Shown here piece after piece: positions 55,931-64,000 of a stretch of 64,000 nt of DNA; position 1 is the first letter of the stretch, and the number at the start of each line of letters is the position of its first letter. The stretch spans positions 5,632,001 to 5,696,000 of the forward strand of contig CAVTTN010000002.1 of assembly GCA_963737655.1 (NCBI GenBank). Direction: 5' to 3'. A program made the translations under genes and the position numbers. The notes below the pieces were generated by a model that worked only from the letters and a program-made list of their open reading frames with translations, had not been told where the DNA came from and searched no databases. The stretch comes from an uncultured Planctomycetota bacterium. Its GTDB lineage: Bacteria > Planctomycetota > Planctomycetia > Isosphaerales > Isosphaeraceae.

Positions 55931-56474
55931 CGCGACGGGTCCGGCACCACACCGCTCCTTCGGACGACCTCTCGTCTCCCCAGTCTATCGTCATCCGGGC
56001 GAGGTCGCCAGCCTCGGGCCGACGCCTCGAGGGCCCGTCCTCAACGTTCGCGGAGAGGGTGCGTTTGGAGGAGGAGAGGGCGGGCCGCCGTCGCGGGCGG
56101 CCCGCCCCTGACTTGCTGAGGCGAGGGAGGATCAGGGCGGGTGGAGGACGTGCGCCTCGTCAGGGGCGGGACCGCTCGCGGTGCGGACTCTCGGTGCCAG
56201 TTCTCGGGGCTTCTCGCCGCTTGGGATCGCGGCGAGAGGCGCGGGCGGGGACCCCTCGTCCGGGTCGCGGCCCGCGGGCTGATCGTCATTCCCGAGACCG
56301 GTCGTCCCGATCCTCGTCTGGAGGGAGTCGCGACGGTCGGGCCGATCGATTCGGCCTCCCCCTGGCGACGTCCCCGCGGCCCCTCGTCCTGGCCGCGACC
56401 CCTCCGGGCCATTACGTTATCGGCGCGGCCGCGCGCGGGCTTGACCCCGGGCGCCTCCCTTGTTCAGATTGAAA

Positions 56475-57211
56475 TTACTGCGAGAGTAACGGGAGCACAT
56501 ACTTTCGCAAGAACGCCGGGCTGTCCGGCCCCACGTGGCCGCCGAGATAGCCCGTCGAGGCCATCTTCGGGGCCCATTTGACCTGCCTCAACTTGGCGTA
56601 CTGGGCCTCGCCCGAGGCGTCCAGCCCCGGCGGCCGGCGGAACCCCACCAGCCCGGCGCTCACGGCGTTCTTGCGATCGACCGTGCCGAAGATCCGGGTC
56701 CCCACGCCCAGGACGAACACGTCCAGGGGCGACCAGAACAGCACCATCTCGCGGCGGACGGCCTTCAAGGCGGGCGAGAGGTCATAATCGGGCGAGAGGG
56801 CCGAGGAGATCAGCACGGCCGCCTCGATCGACCCTTCGGGCAGGGCCTCCAGGGCCCGGACGACCATGCCGGTCCCTCCGGACTTGCCCACGAGGAAGAT
56901 CGGCGCCCCCGGCTTCTCCCGGCGGAATTCCTCGACCCTGGCGACGATCTCGGCGGCTCGCGTCCGGTGGTTCTCGACGTTGGTGAGGTCCCGGTGCCAC
57001 CGGCCGAAGCCGTGGCCCCAGCGGACGATCTCGATCCGGTGGGCCAGGCCGGTCTTGGCCGCCGCGTGGATCAGGCCGGTCCCGCAGAGGTCCAGGCCCC
57101 CCACGCCGTCGGCCACCAGGACCAGGCCCGACCGGGCGTCCTCGGGCGGGGGGGAGGCGTCCGGCCGTGGATCACCCGGAACGCTCGCTTCAGGAGGGTC
57201 GTGTAGATCAT
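56475..57211 (-). CDS. Alpha/beta-hydrolase-like protein (probable frameshift in the G-run near 57150)
   Basis: LVGKSGGTG nucleophile elbow; ALSPDYDL; the upstream frame starts MIYTTLLKRAFRVIHG. Confidence 0.7.
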
Positions 57212-57242
57212 CCCGCCATTGTACGGCCGGGACACCCGGCCG

Positions 57243-58892
57243 TCACCGATGACGCGCCCCGTCCAGCGCGAGGGTGGCGAGCGGATACCGGCCGATCGGC
57301 ACGACCAGGGCGATCCCCGCGGCGATCATCGACGGACTCGCCGGCAACAGATCGGGCGGGACGGTCAAGACGGTCAGGCCGATCAGGATCGTCGTGACGA
57401 GCGCGAACCCCACGACGGCCCTCGCCGCCGAGCCCGTTTCCAGCAAGTTCCGGCGGGTCGCCCGCCGGAAGGCCCAGGCCGTCACCCCGAGCTTGATCGC
57501 CAGGGTCGCGACGATCCCGCCCGGCAGCATCTTCAGGAAGATCGGCACGTGTTCCGGGTGGGTCTGGAACCAGAACCCCGCCCCCACGGCGGCCATCAGG
57601 AGGAAGAAGAAGCCGAGGACGCTGAGGTCCGCCAGGATCTTCCGCCCGGAGAGGCCCAGGACCAGGCCGTCGGTCATCTGCCGGAACGCCAGGACGATCG
57701 TGCCCAGGCCCCCGAGGACGACGATCCCCACCGCCCGGCCTCCCGGAGCCAGGCGGTTCAGGTCGCGGGCCATCCGGAGGAAATGGCCGCCGTAGCCGTC
57801 CAGCGAGAGGCCCACGAGCAGCCCTCCGACCAGGATCGCGAACCCCACGAGGACGCTCCGCAGGCTCGCCGAGAGCTTCGCCGCCACGAACGCGCCGGTC
57901 GGCACCGGCCGGGTCATCAGGAAGATTTCGCACCGCTCCTTCGGCTGCCAGAACGGCGCGAACTTCGGCAGGGCCGCCCCGGCCGACCCGGCGAGGAAGA
58001 CCAGGCCGCCCACCTGGCCGAGCGCGAACTTCCAGAAGAAATCGTACTCGATCAGACGCCCCACCAGCCCGAGCATGACGACCATCAGGGCCATCGTGAA
58101 CCCCGCGAACCCCGGCAAGAACGCGCCGTGGTTGTGGAACTCGAAGGCCCTTTGGGCCCGGGAGGCCGAGGCGAACGCGGCCCGGCCCCGGCGTCGGCCG
58201 ACGATCGCCGCCCGGAGCGCCTCGAGCCATCGAGGGAGGTCGCGGCCGTCCCCCCGGCGGTCCCTCGCCACCCCGAGAATCGCCACGACCGCCGCCGAGG
58301 CGAGGGACGCGGACCCCAGGCCGACCATCACCCAGGGGCCGGCCCGCCATCGAATGACCAGCCACAAGGCCAGGCCGACCTGCCCGAGCAGGACCACCAT
58401 CGCCACGAACACGTCCACGCCCGGGATCGGCATCGGCGTCCACGCGATCGCCTGGACCCACGCCATCATCACCGCCAGGGCGAGCATCGGCCACCACAAC
58501 GGCACGTCGAACCCGCACCTTCGGAAGACCAGCATCGCCAGGACCGCCCAGACGATCGCCAGGGACGCCCAGCCCGCCCCCATCGGCCAGAGCGCCAGGG
58601 ACGACGAGCGGACCGGCCTCGTCAGCATCCTCCGCGAATAGCCCGAGCTCATGTCGCCGAGAGGGCCGTCGGACATCAAGAAGATGCTCATCAGATAGGC
58701 GATCGCCTGGAACGACGAGAGCGAGACGATCACCGCCAGGTTCGGCCACGACAGCGGCCACCTCGCCACCGCCCAGCCGACGATCGGAGGGCTCGCGACG
58801 GCCAGGACCGCCACGACGATGGCCGTCGTGACCAGCCCCCCGCGATGCCTCCACCACAACAGACGTCCCATCGCCGTCCCGATCGCGATCAT
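57243..58892 (-). CDS. Polytopic membrane protein, putative ABC exporter permease
   Basis: Many TM segments; duplicated TRPV.(S/T) motif; follows the ABC ATPase. Confidence 0.75.
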   Translation of the reverse strand: MIAIGTAMGRLLWWRHRGGLVTTAIVVAVLAVASPPIVGWAVARWPLSWPNLAVIVSLSSFQAIAYLMSIFLMSDGPLGDMSSGYSRRMLTRPVRSSSLALWPMGAGWASLAIVWAVLAMLVFRRCGFDVPLWWPMLALAVMMAWVQAIAWTPMPIPGVDVFVAMVVLLGQVGLALWLVIRWRAGPWVMVGLGSASLASAAVVAILGVARDRRGDGRDLPRWLEALRAAIVGRRRGRAAFASASRAQRAFEFHNHGAFLPGFAGFTMALMVVMLGLVGRLIEYDFFWKFALGQVGGLVFLAGSAGAALPKFAPFWQPKERCEIFLMTRPVPTGAFVAAKLSASLRSVLVGFAILVGGLLVGLSLDGYGGHFLRMARDLNRLAPGGRAVGIVVLGGLGTIVLAFRQMTDGLVLGLSGRKILADLSVLGFFFLLMAAVGAGFWFQTHPEHVPIFLKMLPGGIVATLAIKLGVTAWAFRRATRRNLLETGSAARAVVGFALVTTILIGLTVLTVPPDLLPASPSMIAAGIALVVPIGRYPLATLALDGARHR

Positions 58893-58976
58893 CGCCGATC
58901 CCCGTAAGTTGGGCGAAGCCCACCGTTGTGTAAAGCGGGTGAGGCCCGCCCTCCCCGTTCCAGGCCCGGCCTCGCC

Positions 58977-59900
58977 TCAAGACGCGACGGCGGCCCCCTC
59001 CCTCTTCCTCATCCCGACCCTCGCCACGAAGATCTCGTCGAGCGACGGCGACGCCTCCGCCACGACCTCCGCGCCCAGCCCCTCGATCTCGGCCTCCAGG
59101 ATGTCCAGGTCCCCCCGGCAGAGGGCCGTCCACTCGCGGCCCGAGCCCTCGCACGAGAGCATCGACGCCGACCTCGGCGGCTCGGACCTCGGCTCGTCGA
59201 ACCTCAGGACCATCCGATGATGGCCCGCCTGGACCTCGTCCAGCGGCCCCCTCAAAACGACCCGCCCCCGGTCCAGCATCGCCACGTGGTCGCTGACCCG
59301 CTCCACCTCGTCGAGCAGGTGCGACGAGAACAGCACGGTCCGACCCTCGTCGGCGATCGTCCGCAGGATCGCCCCGAGGATGTCGCGGCGGACGACCGGG
59401 TCCAGGCCCGTCGAGGGCTCGTCCAGCACCAGCAAATCGGGCCGGTACGCCAGGGCCAGCAGCAGGCCCGCCCGGGCCTTCTGGCCCTGCGAGAGCGACT
59501 TGACCCGGGCCTTCGGGTCGAGCTCGAACCGCTCGCGGATCTCCTCGGCGAACGCATCATCCCACGACGGATAGAAGCTCCGGGTGTAGCGGATCAGCTC
59601 GCCCACGGGCATCCAGCCGGGGAGGTCGCGGTCCTCCGACAGGTAACCGACCCGCGACAGGACGCCCACCGGCTCGGCCACCGGGTCCCGCCCGAACACG
59701 CGGACCGTGCCCGACCGCGCCCTCAACAGGCCGAGCAGGTGCTTGATGAACGTGGTCTTGCCCGCGCCGTTCTCGCCCACGAGGCCGAAGACCGACCCCC
59801 GGGGGATGGCCAGGTCGACCGAATCCAGGGCCAGGTTCCGGCCGAACCGGCGGGACAGCCCGGCGACCTCCACCACGTGGACGCTCGCGTCTACCGTCAT
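58977..59900 (-). CDS. ABC transporter ATP-binding protein (YtrB-like)
   Basis: GENGAGKTT, LSQGQ, LVLDEP, SSH motifs. Confidence 0.93.
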   Translation of the reverse strand: MTVDASVHVVEVAGLSRRFGRNLALDSVDLAIPRGSVFGLVGENGAGKTTFIKHLLGLLRARSGTVRVFGRDPVAEPVGVLSRVGYLSEDRDLPGWMPVGELIRYTRSFYPSWDDAFAEEIRERFELDPKARVKSLSQGQKARAGLLLALAYRPDLLVLDEPSTGLDPVVRRDILGAILRTIADEGRTVLFSSHLLDEVERVSDHVAMLDRGRVVLRGPLDEVQAGHHRMVLRFDEPRSEPPRSASMLSCEGSGREWTALCRGDLDILEAEIEGLGAEVVAEASPSLDEIFVARVGMRKREGAAVAS

Positions 59901-59904
59901 GAGT

Positions 59905-60300
59905 TCATCCCTCCTCGCGGCCCTTCCTCATGGCCTCGTCCCTCTTGAGCAACAGCGAGACGACCTCCGGGGTCGCGACGCCCATCTGCCGGGCCTCGGC
60001 CAGGAGGGCGTCGATCCTCTGTCCGAGGATCTTCAGCCGCTCCTTCCTGGCCAGGGGGGACCCGGGCCCGGCGACGAACGTCCCGGCCGTCTTCCTCTTC
60101 TCGACCACGCCGGCCAGCTCCAGCTCGCGATACGCCCGGGCCACCGTGTTCGGGTTGATCGTCAGCCTCTCGGCCAGGACGCGGATCGGCGGCAATTCCT
60201 CGCCCGGCGAGAGCCGGCCCGTCGCCGCCAGGAGCTTCACCTGGCGGACGATCTGCGCGTAGATCGGCGTCCCGTCCCCCGCCGCGATGTGGATCTCCAC
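59905..60300 (-). CDS. GntR-family regulator, YtrA subfamily
   Basis: PIYAQIVRQVK...LPPIRVLA..LTINPNTVARAYRELE..G; short C-terminal domain; precedes ABC genes. Confidence 0.92.
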   Translation of the reverse strand: MEIHIAAGDGTPIYAQIVRQVKLLAATGRLSPGEELPPIRVLAERLTINPNTVARAYRELELAGVVEKRKTAGTFVAGPGSPLARKERLKILGQRIDALLAEARQMGVATPEVVSLLLKRDEAMRKGREEG

Positions 60301-60322
60301 CGAGCTCCCCCCGGCCGTCCGC

Positions 60323-60367
60323 CGTCTTGTACTAGGACAATAATACAAGACGACGCGGGGCCGTCAA
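60323..60367 (-). promoter_or_regulatory. Promoter and palindromic operator for the GntR/ABC operon
   Basis: Minus strand TTGACG-N16-TATTAT; inverted repeat CGTCTTGTA-N12-TACAAGACG (core TGTAcTA..TAaTACA) covering the -10 box. Confidence 0.72.
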
Positions 60368-60378
60368 GGGGTGACCCG

Positions 60379-60485
60379 GATTCACCACGGAGCCACGAAG
60401 AGCACGAAGGGAGACACAAAGAGAACGCTGAATTCCAGTTATCTTTGTGTCTTCCTTCGTGCTCTTCGTGGCTCCGTGGTGAATC
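60379..60485. repeat. Long near-perfect hairpin built from CACGAAG-type subrepeats
   Basis: GATTCACCACGGAGCCACGAAGAGCACGAAGGGAGACACAAAGA ... TCTTTGTGTCTTCCTTCGTGCTCTTCGTGGCTCCGTGGTGAATC. Confidence 0.88.
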
Positions 60486-61159
60486 TCCCGGGGTTCTCGA
60501 CGGACTCCTCTCCACGCGACTCGATCCCGCGCCGATCGAGGGGAGCGGCAATAGATACCCGAAGTATTTCATACCATGACCTGATAATTCATCGATTTTA
60601 GCGAAGTTGACTACACTTTTGCGCCCAAAATCGCGAAAAGGGCATGAATTCTCGGGAATTCCGGCGCAACGAGCGTGACCACGGCACAAGACATCATTTC
60701 TGAACCCGTTTGCATTCACGCCGCAACCCGTTTTCCTTCCACGACCTGGGTCGCGCGTCAATTTTGCCCGAAACCCCCGGAATCCGCCCGGAAGGCGGGC
60801 GCTTCGGGCCCGCCCCGGATCGGCCCGACGGACTGTCACTCGGCGGCCGTCCCGCAAATGGGGCGATCGCCGGGCGGCCCTCCTCGCGATGATGAAGGAC
60901 GTGGCCGGGGCGCGATCCGTTCTCGGCAATCGTCTCCCCATGCCATCTCCCGAGTTCGGGAAACGGAACGTTCATGATCGCCCACGACTTCCAATCCGCC
61001 CGATCGACCCCTGAGGAAAATCCGTCGCGGCCGGCCCTCGCGAAATCCGGCCCGCCGCGAACCCCGGTGCCATAATGACATGACATGATCCGAGGGGCCC
61101 GCCGACGCGCCCCGGAATCGGATCGACCCGACCGGGGCCGCACCGTCTGAGGAATCTCC

Positions 61160-61867
61160 ATGAGGACGAAGACCCTGGCCCTCCGCGCTGCCATCCTCGG
61201 CGCCCTGATCGCCGTTTCGGCCGGGCAGTCCCGGGCCGAGGAGCGGTATTACACGATGATTTTCGGCTCGCAATCGAGCCCGAAGCTCTATCGCTACTCG
61301 CACACGTGGGCCACGTTCATCCGGGTCGTCGGCGAGGGGGACGACCCCCGGGGCTGGCAGGTCTACCAGCATACGATTAGCTGGTATCCGGCCTCTCTCC
61401 AGGTCCGAACCTGGTCGCCGACGCCCGAACCGGGGATCAACCTCGACCTCTACACGACCCTCGACATGGTGGCCAAACACGGCGAGAGCGTGACGATGTG
61501 GGGGCCGTTCGAGATGAAGCGGGAGATCTACGAGCGGTCGTTGCGAGTCAAGGCGGGCCTGGAGAGCGGGGCGGCCCAGTACCGGGCGATCAGCACGGCG
61601 AGGGACATGCTCGTCAGCGACTGCATCCACGCCGTGGCCGCGGTGGACCCCGTCTTCGGCCGCCGCCATTACCCGCTGATCCGGATCGGCAAGCCGGCGT
61701 CTCGCTACATCGCCCGCCAGGTCGTCACGCGGACCGTGTATGACCAGTACCAGGTCGAAGCCTCCTGGCTGGTCCCCCGGCTCGGCCTGGATCGCTACCC
61801 GATCGAGGTGATTGCTCCCCAGCAGATCCCCAAACGCGACTGCACGCTCTGCCGATGCCCGGACTGA
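61160..61867 (+). CDS. Secreted hypothetical protein
   Basis: GAGGA SD; signal peptide; YSHTWATF, HTISW, SDCIHAV. Confidence 0.8.
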   Translation: MRTKTLALRAAILGALIAVSAGQSRAEERYYTMIFGSQSSPKLYRYSHTWATFIRVVGEGDDPRGWQVYQHTISWYPASLQVRTWSPTPEPGINLDLYTTLDMVAKHGESVTMWGPFEMKREIYERSLRVKAGLESGAAQYRAISTARDMLVSDCIHAVAAVDPVFGRRHYPLIRIGKPASRYIARQVVTRTVYDQYQVEASWLVPRLGLDRYPIEVIAPQQIPKRDCTLCRCPD

Positions 61868-61904
61868 TCGCGCGGGCCAGGGCCTGCCGGACCCCACGGA
61901 TCGG

Positions 61905-61992
61905 CCGGGTGGCATGCTTACGTCCGCGTAGGCATGGCTTCGATTGGGACCTGGCCGAAGCCATGCTTACGCGGACGTAAGCATGCCACCCG
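61905..61992. repeat. REP-like doublet (GGGTGGCATGCTTACG family), uninterrupted
   Basis: CCGGGTGGCATGCTTACGTCCGCGTAGGCATG ... CATGCTTACGCGGACGTAAGCATGCCACCCG between convergent genes. Confidence 0.88.
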
Positions 61993-62010
61993 ACATTTTG
62001 TCCGGGATTC

Positions 62011-64000
62011 TTATCGGAGCCTTCGTCCCGCGGGGCCTTCGGTCGCGGCGTTGCCGGTCCGGATCGGTCCGGGGGGGCGCTCGGCGGCGAGGGCGGCGGC
62101 CTCGGCGTCCTCGATCTGCCGGGCCCAGTGGGAGCCGGCGAGCCGGGCGAAGTCGGCGTAGCGCTTCTCCCGGTAGGCGTGGAGCGCGGCCGTGAGGACG
62201 ACCTGGGCCCTGCGGGCCGGCTCGCTCGGCCCGTCCCCGGAGATCCCCACGTCGTCGATCCAGAGCGTGCCGGCGGCGAGCTTCTCGAACCGGAGCCGGG
62301 CGTGGTCGAGTCCTCCGAGAGGCAGCTCGGGGGCCTGGAGCCGGACCTCGGCCCATTCCAGGCCCGCGGAGCCGTCGGCATGCCGGGAGAACGGGGCCCC
62401 GGCGGCGTCGCCTTCGAGCCAGACCCGGATGGCCGAGTCGGGGCGGTCGGCCCGGAACCAGGCGTGGAGGGTCATCGTCCGGCCCCCCGGGGGGGCGAAC
62501 GGCAGGCTCGCGGCTCCGGCGGGCAGGGCCCGGGCGTCCAGCTTCAGGGCGGATCGGCCGGAGTGGGGGTTGTCCGCGTCGATCGCCAGCGAGTTCTGGG
62601 GGTCGCCCTCGGCCAGCCATCCCGGGGGGGCCGACGACGCCGGACGGGCCGGGCGGGTCTCGACCACCGGGACGATCCTCGGCCCCGGGGCGGCCTCGAA
62701 GCCGGGATTCAGGGGGCCGGAGCCCAGGGCCATCCCCCCCTTGGCGAGCCGGCCGAGCCGGGCGGAGAGCCGCTCGTACTGCGCCTCCAGGTCCCGGCCG
62801 GAGGGGAGGAACGGGCCGATCGGCTCGACCTGGGCCGTCGGCGAGCCGATCCTCACGGCCGCCACGCCGAACGGGGGCAATTCCAGGACCAGGGACCTCC
62901 CGCCATTGGGGGAGGCGGCCGGGTTGAGCCTCTGGCGGCGGCCCAGGTCGTCCACCGGGGCGTCGTTGGGGGCGAGGAGCGTGCTCTCCAGGAGGACGGT
63001 ATAGGGCGTGTCGTTGGCCATCGCCACATACGTCTTGCCGTTGCGGACCGCCGAGCGGACGGCCACCCCGGAATCGAGCCTCGGGGCGGGCGGGGCGGCG
63101 GCCGAGGGCAAAGCGCGGAAGACCCGGGCGAACCGGCTCAGGCGGTCTTCCTGGCCGGAGGCGGCCGAGCCGTCCACGACGACGAGGCGGGCGTCCAGGA
63201 CGGCCAGGGCGTGGCCGAAGAGCTCGTCGCCGCTCGGGCCCGAGGCGATCGGCCGGGCCGTCAGGCGGACCGCCCCCGGCGACCCGGGCGACCCGGGGCC
63301 GAGGAACGCCCCCCGGCCGGGCCGGGAGGCGACCGGGGCATCCAGGTCGTCGCTGGTGGCCAGGTCGTGGCCGAGGTCGTCGGTCGAGAGCGAGGCGCCT
63401 CGCAGGACGATCGGCCCCCCGGGCTCGACCGGCCAGCGGTCGAGGTCCAGGCCCACGGCCGTCCAGGCGTGGCGGGGGCTCAGGCCGGCCCGGTCGGCCT
63501 TCCTCGCCTCGATCCCGGCCGGGCCGTCGTCCAGGCCGGGGGTCACCACGCACAGGCTCGCCCCGGGCGAGGCCTGGCGGACGGCCGAGCCGAGATCGGC
63601 ATAGAGCTTGCCCACGGCGTCGGCCCGCCAATCCAGCCAGCCCTGGCGGCCGGGGCCGGTCACGAACCGCCACCGGGCCGCGAACCGCGAGGGGTCGGAG
63701 GCGTCCTGGCCGGGGATCTTCGCCGAATCGCCGGGAGGGAACGCCTCGCGGACGAACCGGGCGAACGTGGCGTCGTCCAGGCCGGCCTCGGGGCCTCCGG
63801 GCAGGGTCGCGCCGGGGCCGAGCCGGACGAGGAGGCCGGAGAGGTTGGGATGGGCACCCCTCGGGCCGATCGCGGCGACGAGCCGGGCCTTGATCGCCTC
63901 GCGGACCTCGCCCCTCAGCGGCTGATAGGCCGGCCCGTCGGCCCGGCCGGAGCGGTCCTGGCGGACGAGCCCCCGGGCCAGCGCCTCGGGCGATTCGGGC
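62011..64000 (-). CDS. Large protein, probably glycoside-hydrolase-like (GHL10/DUF187-type) with a C-terminal CBM-like domain; 5' end outside the window
   Basis: The frame is open to the window end: YQPLRGEVREAI...HPNLSGLLVRL...GLDDATFARF...WLDWRA; LNPGFE...LWIDDV CBM-like module. Confidence 0.6.
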   Translation of the reverse strand, partial: PESPEALARGLVRQDRSGRADGPAYQPLRGEVREAIKARLVAAIGPRGAHPNLSGLLVRLGPGATLPGGPEAGLDDATFARFVREAFPPGDSAKIPGQDASDPSRFAARWRFVTGPGRQGWLDWRADAVGKLYADLGSAVRQASPGASLCVVTPGLDDGPAGIEARKADRAGLSPRHAWTAVGLDLDRWPVEPGGPIVLRGASLSTDDLGHDLATSDDLDAPVASRPGRGAFLGPGSPGSPGAVRLTARPIASGPSGDELFGHALAVLDARLVVVDGSAASGQEDRLSRFARVFRALPSAAAPPAPRLDSGVAVRSAVRNGKTYVAMANDTPYTVLLESTLLAPNDAPVDDLGRRQRLNPAASPNGGRSLVLELPPFGVAAVRIGSPTAQVEPIGPFLPSGRDLEAQYERLSARLGRLAKGGMALGSGPLNPGFEAAPGPRIVPVVETRPARPASSAPPGWLAEGDPQNSLAIDADNPHSGRSALKLDARALPAGAASLPFAPPGGRTMTLHAWFRADRPDSAIRVWLEGDAAGAPFSRHADGSAGLEWAEVRLQAPELPLGGLDHARLRFEKLAAGTLWIDDVGISGDGPSEPARRAQVVLTAALHAYREKRYADFARLAGSHWARQIEDAEAAALAAERPPGPIRTGNAATEGPAGRRLR

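Noticed and set aside
58900..58975. Possible degenerate REP (GTAAGTTGGGCGAAGCCCACC)
   Set aside because: It is a single, weak palindrome with only a short CCCACCGTTG match near 44541, which is insufficient support.

Overview
High-GC bacterial chromosomal window, most likely from a planctomycete (Isosphaeraceae-like). This is inferred from gene content: an 'RPAVESLEDRTVLS' extracellular motif, DUF4058- and DUF1573-like genes, and a MoxR/vWA/prenyltransferase-repeat cluster. Housekeeping genes include floA, fumC, an LpxH-like phosphoesterase, lhr, larC, xseAB and eno. There is a ~20-kb ExbB-ExbD-ExbD-MoxR-DUF58-BatA/vWA-vWA-coiled-coil-prenyltransferase-repeat operon, several TA-like modules, and a GntR/YtrA ABC operon. 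Many conserved genes carry single-base frameshifts, which I read as long-read indel errors rather than pseudogenes. The most notable non-coding structures are: (1) a four-helix-bundle (23S-IVS-type) gene enclosed by inverted heptamer arrays, (GTTGTCA)18 and (AACTGAC)13, between exbB and exbD, with a decayed heptamer relic at the next gene junction; (2) a 147-bp MITE with perfect 27-bp terminal inverted repeats inserted in the 4-nt loop of a REP-like hairpin, duplicating the loop, with an empty copy of the target at ~61.9 kb; (3) a palindromic repeat pair translated in frame inside Lhr; (4) several distinct REP-like families. I recognised no rRNA, tRNA or CRISPR array. All family assignments are from motif recognition by eye, not from database searches.
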